Positions 46,685-55,973 are shown, counted from the first letter of the stretch. The stretch is DNA of 64,000 bases from an uncultured Acidobacteriaceae bacterium (GCA_963850165.1 CAWKKK010000010.1:56799-120798); one strand, 5' to 3'. The notes: a model not told the origin generated them from the sequence alone. Translations and numbers: made by a program.

Positions 46685-47269
46685 CTACGCCCCCGCGCTC
46701 TGCCCCTGGAACTTTACCTCGACCAGCTTGCGGTCCTCGTCGGAGACCTGGAACATGGCGCGCGGTTTCAGGCTCATGAAGGTGGCCACAAACACTTCGG
46801 GGATCTGGCCGATGCGTGTGTTGTAGGTGTTGACGTCGTCGTTGAAGAACTCGCGGCGGTCTGCGATGCGCTCCTCGAGTTCGCTGATGCGCGTCTGCAG
46901 CTTGAGAAAGTTTTCGTTGGCCTTGAGTTGCGGATAGTTTTCCGCCACGGCGAACAGGCCGCGCAACGCGCCCGTCATCATTAAATCAGCCGTCGCCTTC
47001 TGCCCGATGCTGGCCGCGTTCATCGAGGCGGCACGCGCCTGCGTCACCGCCCTCAGCGTCTGCTGTTCGTGCTGCATGTATCCCTTCACGGTCTCCACCA
47101 GGTTGGGAATCTCGTCGTGACGCTGCTTGAGCAGCACGTCAATGTTGGCCCAGGCGCGGTCGTTGTCGTTGCGCAGGCGCACCAGTTCGTTATAGAGGAT
47201 GACTACGTAGACGAGCACTCCCACTACGAACACCAGGAACGCCGCCCCTTGGATCACGCTTCCGCCCAT
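46685..47269 (-). CDS. lemA: LemA-family membrane protein
   Basis: ATG 47269, one TM helix, then YNELVRLRN..AWANIDVLLKQRHDEIPNLVETVKGY..E..TL..VT.AR.. and ENYPQLKANENF, which are LemA hallmarks. Confidence 0.88.
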   Translation of the reverse strand: MGGSVIQGAAFLVFVVGVLVYVVILYNELVRLRNDNDRAWANIDVLLKQRHDEIPNLVETVKGYMQHEQQTLRAVTQARAASMNAASIGQKATADLMMTGALRGLFAVAENYPQLKANENFLKLQTRISELEERIADRREFFNDDVNTYNTRIGQIPEVFVATFMSLKPRAMFQVSDEDRKLVEVKFQGQSAGA

Positions 47270-47487
47270 TGAATTAGACCTCGACCTCGCCTGCAGGAAT
47301 GATCCCAGTGAAACGCAGACCGGGCAGGAACCTAAGTAACTTAGGAGGCAGCGTCCAAGGTCACCGAAGGCATGCGAGGAAATAGCTGGTCGCCGAATGC
47401 AAAAAGGGCTGAGCCCGGCGGCCCAGCCCTTCAGAATGCTGACCACTAATGATTCCTATTCGAGCGCGCCTTCCACTTCACTCGCGC

Positions 47488-48117
47488 TCAGGGCCTATGG
47501 GGAGTCAGATCGCACTGGTGTTTTACTTCGTCCAGGTTCAGGCCTGCGGGCGAGAACTCGACGATCTTGTAACCAGTCCTAGTTCTGACCTCCACGTTGA
47601 ACACCTGGGCTCCCATCGCGCCGCGAATAGTACCCTTGTCCATGGAGAGGAATCGGCCTTGCACCCAGTTCCAGCCCTTGTGGTCATGGCTTCCATCAAT
47701 GCGCACCATGACTTCCATCTTCGGCTGGCCCCAGAAGCCCGGATAGTCGGGCCTTCCCAGCCGGGCACCCGGATCGAACTCGGCGCGCTCATACTTGCCA
47801 TTGCTGCAGTAGAGTTCGACTCGCGGTTTGTAGTCCGGGTCTTCCTTAAAATAGTTGTTCGAAAGCAACTCGAAGCGGACTCTCTTGGCGCCGGTCATCT
47901 TGTCATCCGACTGGAACTCCAGCCACTTGCCGCCGGCGCTGACGCCGTCTTTTTCGTCCTGGTAAGGGCTCATGGCGCCCTGTTGGGCCCGAGCCGACAC
48001 GGCCGCCGCAGCCACCAGAAGAAAGGCCGCCAACACTGCCGCCGGGTTGTAAAGATTCTTATTGCGAAGCAAAGGCAATAATTTCAAGGTTTTCCTCCCG
48101 TACAAACGCACCTGCAC
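47488..48117 (-). CDS. secreted hypothetical protein
   Basis: A 209-aa ORF with a signal-like segment (AAVLAAFLLVAAAAVSARAQQ) and non-repetitive composition. The opposite-strand ORF looks like a GC shadow. Confidence 0.5.
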   Translation of the reverse strand: MQVRLYGRKTLKLLPLLRNKNLYNPAAVLAAFLLVAAAAVSARAQQGAMSPYQDEKDGVSAGGKWLEFQSDDKMTGAKRVRFELLSNNYFKEDPDYKPRVELYCSNGKYERAEFDPGARLGRPDYPGFWGQPKMEVMVRIDGSHDHKGWNWVQGRFLSMDKGTIRGAMGAQVFNVEVRTRTGYKIVEFSPAGLNLDEVKHQCDLTPHRP

Positions 48118-48184
48118 CTATTGAACACTGGAGTCCGCCAAAAGTTGCATGGCAAAGTGCCACTTTTCACCTGCCGGACGAGTA

Positions 48185-48568
48185 TCACCGGGCATCGCTC
48201 TTGACGGCGTCGATCTTGAGATCGATGTAGACCTGGGGACGATCGTCGAACTGGCTGACGGATTTGGTATCGCTCTTATGGCCGTTGTACTGAGCGTAAA
48301 CTTCGTAATCCACGGTCGAGAGTCCCGGGAAGCGATAGGTGCCCTCCTGGCCGACGATGTAGGTCTTCACCGCGTGGGTGCGCATGTTGGTCAGATAAAC
48401 GATCGCATTGACCACCGGATTATCCTGCTGGTCGAGCACTTTACCGTAGAGCAGGCGGCCCTGGGTTTTATCTTTTTTGTCGGGGGCGGCATGGGCCGCG
48501 ACGGTAATCATTAGAAGGAACGTGGCGACGATGAAGCAGGCGTTCTTGAGAGCCAGGGTCCGAGTCAT
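48185..48568 (-). CDS. carboxypeptidase-regulatory-like (CarboxypepD_reg) domain protein, secreted
   Basis: Signal peptide followed by GKVLDQQDNPVVNAIVYLTN..TDEGTYRFPGL..YEV-type pattern. Confidence 0.65.
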   Translation of the reverse strand: MTRTLALKNACFIVATFLLMITVAAHAAPDKKDKTQGRLLYGKVLDQQDNPVVNAIVYLTNMRTHAVKTYIVGQEGTYRFPGLSTVDYEVYAQYNGHKSDTKSVSQFDDRPQVYIDLKIDAVKSDAR

Positions 48569-48655
48569 GCGAGTCTTAATCCCTCTTCCTTTTTACTCAA
48601 CTGGTCTTTACTCAACTGCTCCACTCCGTCTCGTCTACTCAATCTCTCCGATTGA

Positions 48656-49096
48656 TTAGTGCGTCAAGTGCAAACCAATATCCACACGTTCGTCATACTC
48701 TACGTGGACAGGCACCTCTTCCGCCAGATGCAATGATTGGCCGTCTTTGGTTTTCACACCCTTGAGATCGGCCCACACCACATAGTCGGCCTTGCCGGCG
48801 GGGACGCGCTGGGCGAATTCGCCGGAATGATCGGAATAGAGTTCCCACTTGGGCTTCTTATCGGGCAGGCGGCGAATCTTAACCGTGATGCCATAGACGG
48901 CGCGATTGTCGGGACCCCAGACCGTGCCGAAAATGAGGGCGTATGGATCGCTCGGTTTCAGCTTGTTAGTTGCGGGAGAGGCACTGGCCGCCGGCAAGAC
49001 GCGCGGGCCGAGCGCAGCGAGGAAGAGAAAAAGCAGCAGGCAGAAGGAAGACAAGCGCGCAAGCAGAAGGGCGTGCCCAAGTCTACGAGTCGTCAC
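48656..49096 (-). CDS. carboxypeptidase-regulatory-like domain protein, secreted
   Basis: Signal peptide followed by IFGTVWGPDNRAVYGITVKIRR..SDHSGEFAQRVPAG..YVVWA. Overlaps the upstream lysW-like gene by 14 nt. Confidence 0.6.
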   Translation of the reverse strand: MTTRRLGHALLLARLSSFCLLLFLFLAALGPRVLPAASASPATNKLKPSDPYALIFGTVWGPDNRAVYGITVKIRRLPDKKPKWELYSDHSGEFAQRVPAGKADYVVWADLKGVKTKDGQSLHLAEEVPVHVEYDERVDIGLHLTH

Positions 49097-49280
49097 CGTC
49101 TTCGGTCTCCACTTCTTCGTCCTCTTCCACGTAGCCGGCCTCGACCGCCTTCAACTCCAGCGGACTGGTAGTCACCACTTCGAAGTCCGTGCCACACTCT
49201 GGGCAAGAGACGATCTCGCCCTCGTCGACCTCTTCCTCTTCCACATCCAGATCCGTTTCGCATTCAGGACAAAGAACCAT
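49083..49280 (-). CDS. LysW-like zinc-ribbon acidic protein
   Basis: GGAGGA RBS plus ATG 49280: MVLCPECETDLDVEEEEVDEGEIVSCPECGTDFEVV.. closely follows the LysW ribbon. The tail ends ..EDGDDS, not the EDWGE I recall for the carrier. Confidence 0.65.
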   Translation of the reverse strand: MVLCPECETDLDVEEEEVDEGEIVSCPECGTDFEVVTTSPLELKAVEAGYVEEDEEVETEDGDDS

Positions 49281-49330
49281 GATTCCTCCGCTTGCTAATG
49301 GTGCAGTTTGGTAAGGAAGCGAGCCAAACG

Positions 49331-49420
49331 CGCGATTATTGTGTCGCAAAGAACGCGACACATCGCGCGGCTCGCCCAGATCCTTCGCTGCGCAAAGAAC
49401 GCTTGCTCAGGATGACAATC
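49331..49420. repeat. REP-like element (GTCGCAAAGAACGCGAC .. GATCCTTC .. CAGGATGACA family)
   Basis: Near-collinear match to 55993-56084. Both contain the hairpin g(t/c)gtcgc-aaagaa-gcgac(a/g)c. Confidence 0.75.
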
Positions 49421-49580
49421 AAACTGCGCCCCGCTTCCATTCGATGCCACTTTCTTAGATCCGCTTGATAATATTTAGATTCTCCTCCGCCGCAGGTCAA
49501 GGGGCGGGGGCGGTAAAGACCAAATTTTTTGCCCGGCCGTAACCAGCCGTGCCCTTGACATTTCTTATGCGGGAGCCTAC

Positions 49581-50987
49581 ATGATTTCCTCTTTGAAGAA
49601 AAGACCGTGGATTGCCTCCGTCGGGCTGGCGCTGGCCTTAAGCAGCGCGGCGCTGGCACAGAGCCAGCCAAGCTCTGCTGCGGCGGAACCGATGGCTGTC
49701 GACAGCCGCATCTCAGCCGCGCTGCAGCAGGTCTCAGCGGAGCGCATTCGGGCGAATATCCAGAAGCTGGCGAGCTTTGGAACGCGCTCGACGCTTTCAG
49801 CGCAGGACCCGGCCGCTATTGCGACGGGACGCGGGATTGGCGCCGCCCGGGAGTGGATCAAATCAGAGTTCGAACGCTACACCAAGGATTGCGGCGGGTG
49901 CCTGGAGGTGAAAACCGACAGCTTCATTGAACCAGCCGCCGACCGAATCCCCCAGCCTACCGAAATCACCAATGTTTATGCGGTCTTGAAGGGGACGGAG
50001 GTGGAGAATGCAAAGCGCATCGTGCTGGTGACTGGGCACTACGATTCGCGAAACAGCGATAATTCAAACACGACGGACGATGCTCCGGGCGCGAACGACG
50101 ACGGCAGCGGAACGGCCGTCAGCCTGGAATGTGCGCGAGTTTTGAGCAAGCTGAAGTTTCCGGCAACGATTGTTTTTTTGACAGTCGCAGGCGAAGAGCA
50201 GGGACTGAACGGCAGCCATCATTTTGCGAAGATGGCGAAGGACCAGGGATGGAGTCTCGAGGCCGTGCTCAATAATGACATCGTGGGCGGAGACAAGAGC
50301 GCAGAGCAGGATCACTCTGTAGTGCGCGTGTTTTCCGAGGGATTGCCGGCCGCGGCCACGGAGCAGGAGGTCCGGCGGATTCGCGGGTTGGGCGGTGAGA
50401 ACGATTCTGGGTCGCGACAATTGGCGCGCTATGTTGCCGATGTGGGCCGGGCTTATAAGGATGACGTGGCGGTGAAGCCGATGCTGGTCTTTCGGCTGGA
50501 CCGGTATTTGCGGGGCGGCGACCACTACTCGTTCAACCAGCAGGGATTTGCAGCGGTACGCTTCACGGAATTTCGCGAAGACTTTCACCACCAGCATCAG
50601 AACGTCCGCACCGAGAACGGCGTTGAATATGGCGATCTGGCGAAGTTTGTGGACTTCGATTATGTGGCTCGGGTGGCGCGGCTGAATGCGGCGACGCTGG
50701 CATCGCTGGCATCGGCACCGGCGCCTCCGGCGAATGTGCGCTTGTTGACCAAGGATCTGGAAAACGATTCGACGCTGACCTGGGAGGCTTCGCCCGGAGG
50801 ATTGGCTTCAGGCTACGAGATTCTTTGGCGAGCGACGAGCAGCCCAGAATGGGAACACGTGCAAAAGTGTGGCAACGTCAATCGCGCCACGCTGAAACTT
50901 TCCAAAGACAATGTCATCTTTGCGGTGAGGGCTGTCGATGCCGAGGGGCGCCGCAGCTTGCCGGTCGTGCCCTTGCCGGAACGCTAA
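49581..50987 (+). CDS. M28-family aminopeptidase with a C-terminal FN3-like domain, secreted
   Basis: Signal peptide; motifs VLVTGHYDS, APGANDDGSGTAV and VAGEEQGLNGS (the M28 zinc ligands). Confidence 0.88.
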   Translation: MISSLKKRPWIASVGLALALSSAALAQSQPSSAAAEPMAVDSRISAALQQVSAERIRANIQKLASFGTRSTLSAQDPAAIATGRGIGAAREWIKSEFERYTKDCGGCLEVKTDSFIEPAADRIPQPTEITNVYAVLKGTEVENAKRIVLVTGHYDSRNSDNSNTTDDAPGANDDGSGTAVSLECARVLSKLKFPATIVFLTVAGEEQGLNGSHHFAKMAKDQGWSLEAVLNNDIVGGDKSAEQDHSVVRVFSEGLPAAATEQEVRRIRGLGGENDSGSRQLARYVADVGRAYKDDVAVKPMLVFRLDRYLRGGDHYSFNQQGFAAVRFTEFREDFHHQHQNVRTENGVEYGDLAKFVDFDYVARVARLNAATLASLASAPAPPANVRLLTKDLENDSTLTWEASPGGLASGYEILWRATSSPEWEHVQKCGNVNRATLKLSKDNVIFAVRAVDAEGRRSLPVVPLPER

Positions 50988-51075
50988 GTTTGGGTATCTA
51001 CTGCTAAGAAGAAGCAGCGCTAAGAAGAGCGTGTGGCAAGAGGAGCGTGTAACCTTGCGCAGTCGCGGACGAGAG

Positions 51076-51897
51076 ATGACGTTGAGCTTTCCGCCGTTTA
51101 CCCGGGCGGTGATCTGGCTGCTAGGGATCAATACCGCGGTGTTCCTGGGTTTGGAGGCCTTCGGCACGCGGGAGGTCATCAATTGGGTGTTTGCGAATCT
51201 CGGCCTCGTTCCGAGGACCGTGGTCTTTCACTTCGCGATCTGGCAAATCGTCACCTACAGCTTTGTCCATGTGGGCTTCTGGCATTGGTTCGGGAACATG
51301 CTTGGCATCTGGATGTTTGGCGCGACGTTTGAAAGCTCCTGGGGCATGCGGCGATTTCTGGAGCTGTTTTTTGTGGGAGTGATTGGGGCTGCGCTGACCA
51401 CGATCATTCTTTCTTTCGCGCATATCCTGATTAACCCGGACGTCCCGACGGTAGGGGCTTCCGGCGGCGTGTTTGCCATCCTGATGGCTTTCGGCCTGGT
51501 TTTTGGGGAAAACGAAATCATGATGATTCCGTTTCCCTTCATGATCAAGGCAAAATATTTCGTGCTGATCCTGATCGTCGTGACCGTGGCGTTTGCCATC
51601 AGCGGAGGAGGAACCACAGCCTACCTGGCTCATCTGGGTGGTCTGCTCTTTGGATACCTCTACGTGAAGTTTGTGCCGGCGCGTGGAATGTCGGGGAAGT
51701 TCTCGTTGTCGGAGTGGTGGTACGGATTGAACAACTCTTATTACCGCTGGAGGCGGCGGCGGGCGGCAAAGAAGTTTGAAGTCTACATGCGCAAGCACGA
51801 CCGCGACGTCCATTTCGACGAGCACGGCAACTATGTGCCGCCGGATGACGATCCACGCAAGGGGAATGGCGGGTCGAAATCGGGCTGGGTGAACTGA
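51076..51897 (+). CDS. rhomboid-family intramembrane serine protease
   Basis: ATG 51076, six TM helices, WQ..TY.F.H, catalytic GASGGVFA and HLGGLLFG. Confidence 0.88.
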   Translation: MTLSFPPFTRAVIWLLGINTAVFLGLEAFGTREVINWVFANLGLVPRTVVFHFAIWQIVTYSFVHVGFWHWFGNMLGIWMFGATFESSWGMRRFLELFFVGVIGAALTTIILSFAHILINPDVPTVGASGGVFAILMAFGLVFGENEIMMIPFPFMIKAKYFVLILIVVTVAFAISGGGTTAYLAHLGGLLFGYLYVKFVPARGMSGKFSLSEWWYGLNNSYYRWRRRRAAKKFEVYMRKHDRDVHFDEHGNYVPPDDDPRKGNGGSKSGWVN

Positions 51898-51904
51898 AAA
51901 ATCA

Positions 51905-51964
51905 CCTCAGGGCTAAACCCCGCGCTTTGCCTCTCAGCGCAGGCCTGGAAGGCCTGCTCCACCC
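51905..51964. repeat. REP-like element (CCTCAGGGCT .. GCAGGCCTGGAAGGCCTGCTCCACCC)
   Basis: Same ends and core hairpin gcaggcc-tggaa-ggcctgc as 52776-52840, in the same orientation. Confidence 0.8.
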
Positions 51965-52000
51965 TGCTCTGATAGAGATTGAGATCTGTTCAGATGGCTT

Positions 52001-52024
52001 AGACGTTGCAAGCAACGTCTCTAC
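52001..52024. repeat. REP hairpin AGACGTTGCAAGCAACGTCTCTAC
   Basis: Exact 24-nt match to 31312-31335. Overlaps the stop codon of the hydrolase gene. Confidence 0.85.
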
Positions 52025-52770
52025 GACTGAAAGAAGTTCTTAAATTCCATGAAGGCTGCTTCGGGCAATTCTTTTCGATTTGATTTTCCTTTGAATCCTA
52101 AATCGTGACCGGCTCCTTCGACGGGCATAAGCGCGGTCTTTGCGGGGATTAGCTTTAGGGCGTGTTCGATTTCCGCGATGGAGCCGAAAGGATCGCGTGT
52201 GCCTTGCACAAAGAGACTCGGGGTATGCAGATGGAAAAAATGCTGGGTGCGGAGCTGGTCGGGTTTGCGGGGAGGATGCAGAGGATAAGAGAGCAGGAGC
52301 AGTCCCGCAACTTCATCCGCAGCTTTTTCCGGTGAAAGCTCGGCGCAAAGCATGCTCGATTGCCGTCCGCCGTAGGAGTGGCCGCCGAGAAAGACGTGGC
52401 CCGTGGCCAGATTCTTCACGGCGGCGACTGCATTCTTCAGTCCGGCGCGATCGCGCTTGCCGTCGTAAGGTCCCGGAGGACCGTAGGGCCGATCCTGACG
52501 ATAGGGCAGATCGCAGCGCAGCACTACGAAACCGGCGCCAGAAAAAGTCTCTGCCAAAGCAATCAGCAGAGGAGCCTGGCAGTTCGATCCGGCACCGTGA
52601 GTCAGAACAAGGCCGCTGCCGTTGGGATTGGCCGGGCGATGCAGAAGGCCGCGCACGAATGGGTCCACCGTGACATCGGTGAAGACTTGCAGGCTGGATT
52701 CGGCGGGCATGGATGGCGGCTTCTTGTTCTTGCTTTTTAGACCATGCAGGCTGCCAAGAAAATTCCGCAT
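52021..52770 (-). CDS. alpha/beta hydrolase (dienelactone hydrolase / KANL3-Tex30-like)
   Basis: Start at ATG 52770. GLVLTHGAGSN, nucleophile elbow GGHSYGG, and LFVQGTRDPFG..GAGHDL. The longer track ORF reads into a REP element. Confidence 0.8.
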   Translation of the reverse strand: MRNFLGSLHGLKSKNKKPPSMPAESSLQVFTDVTVDPFVRGLLHRPANPNGSGLVLTHGAGSNCQAPLLIALAETFSGAGFVVLRCDLPYRQDRPYGPPGPYDGKRDRAGLKNAVAAVKNLATGHVFLGGHSYGGRQSSMLCAELSPEKAADEVAGLLLLSYPLHPPRKPDQLRTQHFFHLHTPSLFVQGTRDPFGSIAEIEHALKLIPAKTALMPVEGAGHDLGFKGKSNRKELPEAAFMEFKNFFQS

Positions 52771-52775
52771 AAGTA

Positions 52776-52840
52776 CCTCAGGGCTGAAGCCCAATCCTAA
52801 ATGCCGCCTTTGACGCAGGCCTGGAAGGCCTGCTCCACCC
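52776..52840. repeat. REP-like element (CCTCAGGGCT .. GCAGGCCTGGAAGGCCTGCTCCACCC)
   Basis: Second direct copy. Together with 51905-51964 it brackets the hydrolase gene. Confidence 0.8.
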
Positions 52841-52983
52841 GCTTGCTCTCCTCGAGATCCCAGCCACTGCGCCTCGCTGCGCTCGGCTGGACCCTTCGAC
52901 TTCCCCCTCGGCTTCGCTCGGGGCTTCGGCAAAACAGGGCAGGCTCACGAGGCGGCTGTCCCCACATGTTCGTGCTTGTAGTC

Positions 52984-53274
52984 TCACACTCCTACTTCTT
53001 CCAGCTTCTCGTACACTTTCACGATTTGAATCTCGTTCCCCAACCTTGCCCAGCAGCGCAGCAGTTCGGGATCCTCCTGGGCGGCGCTGCGGGCGTGCTC
53101 GGAGTTCCAGTAGCGAAGCAGCACGTAGTGAGAATCGCCGCTGCGGTAAAGAAGATCGCGGCCGTATCCTTTCTTCGAGACGATGGCGTTGAGTTCGCGA
53201 ATGGTCGCGAGCGCAGCGGCCTCCATGCCCGGCAGAGGCTCCCAGATGGCGACCGATAAAAATTCCTGGGACAT
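52984..53274 (-). CDS. small ferredoxin-fold protein, ABM/Dabb-like (putative monooxygenase domain)
   Basis: 96 aa: ..VAIWEPLPG.EAA....YVLLRYWNSEHARSAA.. resembles an ABM domain. Starts 10 nt after the pyk stop. Confidence 0.5.
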   Translation of the reverse strand: MSQEFLSVAIWEPLPGMEAAALATIRELNAIVSKKGYGRDLLYRSGDSHYVLLRYWNSEHARSAAQEDPELLRCWARLGNEIQIVKVYEKLEEVGV

Positions 53275-53283
53275 ACTCAGCGA

Positions 53284-54840
53284 TTATAGCTTCTGGCGTG
53301 TGGCGCTGCGTTTAGGTTTGGCGTGCGCGGCGGCGGCCTCTTCGTTGGTGACCACGTGCAGGCGCATGAAGTTGGTGGAACCGGAAGCCTGGCGCGTGCC
53401 TGCGACCACTCCGAGCACGTCTGTGGCTCTTAGTAATCCTCGACTCAACAGCTCGTACTCAGCCACATCCACCATGCTGTCGCTGGAGAGACCCTGGCCG
53501 CACTTCATGGGCTGCACGCCCCAGTACAGGTTGGTGCGCTGGGCAACGGTCGAGTTGTAAGTAAACGCGTAGATGGCGGCCTGCGGGCGGTATTTGGAAA
53601 TCATGCGGGCAGTGTTGCCGGTCTCGGTGAAAACGGCGATAGCGCCCATGGGCAGATCTTCGGCGGCGTGCGCGATCGATTCACAAATGGTCTCTGCAAC
53701 GGAGAGACCGTGCCGGTCGCGGCGGCGGCGGGGCAGGGTAAACTCTCCCATGTTGCTTTCAGCTTCGATCACGATACGCGACATCATGGCGACTGCTTCG
53801 CGCGGATAGCGGCCGCTGGCGGTTTCCGCGGATAGCATGACCGAGTCGGAGCCGTCGAAAATGGCATTGGCGACGTCGCTGGCCTCGGCGCGCGTGGGGC
53901 GCGGGTTTTCGATCATCGACTCGAGCATTTGCGTGGCCGTGATTACCGGCTTGCGCCACACGGCGGCACGGCGGATCACATGCTTCTGGATGACGGGAAC
54001 TTTCTCCGGGGCCATCTCGACGCCGAGATCGCCGCGAGCGACCATGACGCCATCGGAAGCTTCGAGGATTTCTTCGAGGTGGTCGATGGCCTGCGGCTTT
54101 TCGAGTTTGGCAATCAATGGAGTGTCGCTGCCGTGGCCGGTTACGATTTGCTTAACCATGTTTACGTCGGCGGCAGAGCGCACGAAGGAGAGCGCAACCG
54201 CGTCCACTCCGTGTTTCAGGCCGAACTCGAGATCCTTGCGATCTTTTTCGGTCAGGGCCGGGATGGACAGCGCAGTGCCGGGAAGATTGATGCCTTGATG
54301 CTCACCCAGAGTTCCGCCGTTCAAAACTTCGCAGACTACATCCTTGCCGCGGACGGTGCGCACGCGCAATTCGATCAGACCGTCGCGCAGAAGAATGCGC
54401 GCGCCAGTGGTGACTTCGCGGGCGAGATCGGGAAAAGTGGTGGAGATGCGCGTGGGAGTGCCGGCGACTTCGCGCGGAGTGATGATTACAGTCGAGCCGC
54501 TTTTCAGTAGGATCGGTTCGTGGCGCTCCAGGCGTCCAGTGCGGATCTTGGGGCCTTGCAGGTCTTGCAGGATGCAGATGGTGCGGTCTTCTTTTTCAGC
54601 AGCCTTGCGCAGGCGCTCGATGTTGCGGGCGTGATCTTCGTGCGAGCCGTGGGAGAAGTTGAGGCGGGCTACGTCCATGCCGAGGCGAAGCAGATCGCGC
54701 ATTGCGGCTTCGGAGTGGCAGGCGGGGCCGATGGTGCAGATAATCTTGGCGCGGCGGGGGACGGAGGTTACGTGAGATGAAGCAGCGGCCTCCGGGGTGA
54801 GTGGGGTTTCCGTCGCGAGTTCTGGCTTGCTGGGCTTCAT
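53284..54840 (-). CDS. pyk: pyruvate kinase
   Basis: RRAKIICTIGPA, ARLNFSHG, LQDLQGPKIRTG, MVARGDLGVE, ATQMLESM, plus the C-terminal regulatory domain. Confidence 0.95.
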   Translation of the reverse strand: MKPSKPELATETPLTPEAAASSHVTSVPRRAKIICTIGPACHSEAAMRDLLRLGMDVARLNFSHGSHEDHARNIERLRKAAEKEDRTICILQDLQGPKIRTGRLERHEPILLKSGSTVIITPREVAGTPTRISTTFPDLAREVTTGARILLRDGLIELRVRTVRGKDVVCEVLNGGTLGEHQGINLPGTALSIPALTEKDRKDLEFGLKHGVDAVALSFVRSAADVNMVKQIVTGHGSDTPLIAKLEKPQAIDHLEEILEASDGVMVARGDLGVEMAPEKVPVIQKHVIRRAAVWRKPVITATQMLESMIENPRPTRAEASDVANAIFDGSDSVMLSAETASGRYPREAVAMMSRIVIEAESNMGEFTLPRRRRDRHGLSVAETICESIAHAAEDLPMGAIAVFTETGNTARMISKYRPQAAIYAFTYNSTVAQRTNLYWGVQPMKCGQGLSSDSMVDVAEYELLSRGLLRATDVLGVVAGTRQASGSTNFMRLHVVTNEEAAAAHAKPKRSATRQKL

Positions 54841-54893
54841 TTCTTCTCTTCCCTACCATCTTCCTCTTGATCGGCCGACCTTGTCGTCCCGAT

Positions 54894-54971
54894 CGAAGCG
54901 AGGGATCTTGGTTCTTGTTTGCGCCATCACATCTCAGTCACTACAGGCAGAAACCAAGATCCCTCACTTCG
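54894..54971. repeat. 20-bp inverted repeat (CGAAGCGAGGGATCTTGGTT .. AACCAAGATCCCTCACTTCG)
   Basis: The arms at 54894-54913 and 54952-54971 have one mismatch and enclose a 38-nt loop. Lies in the pyk upstream spacer. Confidence 0.8.
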
Positions 54972-55007
54972 CTCGGGATGAAGACGAATAGCTTTCGACA
55001 CGGAGTA

Positions 55008-55973
55008 CTATTTCGCCGCTTTGTGGCCGTTGATCGCCGTCAACTCTTTTCCCAGCATGGCTCGCGGGAACAGCATGGCGTTGAATTCCGCGCCCACGAG
55101 GATGACCAGGGAAACCATGTACATCCAGACCAGCAGCGCGACGCCGGCGCCGAGCGAGCCATAAATAATGCTGTAGTCGGCGTAGTGCTTCAGATAAAAA
55201 CCAAATAGCAGCGTCGCCGAGAACCACATGGCCGTAGCGAGCGTAGCGCCTGGGATTACGCTATGCCAGGGCTGAGTGCGTGGAACCGCATTGTGATAGA
55301 TGAGAGCGATTACCGCGATGCTGGTGAGGGTGGCAATCAGCCAGCGGATGGAGGTCCACATCAGCAGAATGTATGGGCTGAATTCACGCGCGGTGTAGAA
55401 GAGGATGTCGGTTTCGATTTTGCTGCCGAAGGCGACCAGCAAAGTGGCGAATGTCATGGGAAGAAGAGCGAAGATGACGAGAAGGAATGAGATCCACCGC
55501 TCCTGAACCAGTCCCCAGATTTTTGGCAGCTCGTAACAGCGGCGGAAGCCTTCCATCCAGGAAATCATTACGCCGGAGGCGGTCCACAGTGTCAGCAGGG
55601 AAGCGGTGATGAGCAGGCCCACGGGGCGCTGCGCCGCACCCCGCAGGAAATTCATCGCGGCGCCGCTACCGGCGGGAAGGATGCGGGACAGCGCGTAGGA
55701 GATCTCACGGATGTAAGGGGCGCCTTTGCGCCAGGTCGCGAGCACCGAGCCCACCACCAGCAGCGCTGGGAAGAAAGTGAGAATGGAGGAGTAGGCGGAA
55801 GCTTTGGCGATGGAAAAAGCATCGTGCTGGAAGGCACGCCAGAGAGCCAACCGCAGAAGGCGCAGAAAACGGAGCATGGCCAGTCCCAGCTTAGGGCCGG
55901 AAGGCGCGGGTTGCAACGAAGGAAGCGGGCCAGGTTCCTCGATCGTCATGAGCTTTGGATTTGCGTGCATCAA
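55008..55973 (-). CDS. YihY/BrkB-family inner membrane protein
   Basis: Six TM helices; SIAKASAYSSILTFFPALLVV and the C-terminal YGSLGAGVALLVWMY pattern typical of the family. Confidence 0.8.
   Translation of the reverse strand: MMHANPKLMTIEEPGPLPSLQPAPSGPKLGLAMLRFLRLLRLALWRAFQHDAFSIAKASAYSSILTFFPALLVVGSVLATWRKGAPYIREISYALSRILPAGSGAAMNFLRGAAQRPVGLLITASLLTLWTASGVMISWMEGFRRCYELPKIWGLVQERWISFLLVIFALLPMTFATLLVAFGSKIETDILFYTAREFSPYILLMWTSIRWLIATLTSIAVIALIYHNAVPRTQPWHSVIPGATLATAMWFSATLLFGFYLKHYADYSIIYGSLGAGVALLVWMYMVSLVILVGAEFNAMLFPRAMLGKELTAINGHKAAK

Noticed and set aside
47449-48081. 210-aa plus-strand ORF
   Set aside because: Antisense to the secreted hypothetical gene 47488-48117. It has no start context and a low-complexity composition, although neither frame has recognisable homology.
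49083-49280. Annotating the zinc-ribbon protein as the bona fide lysine-biosynthesis carrier LysW
   Set aside because: The expected C-terminal EDWGE is replaced by EDGDDS and no lysX/Z/Y/J/K genes are nearby. Called LysW-like only.
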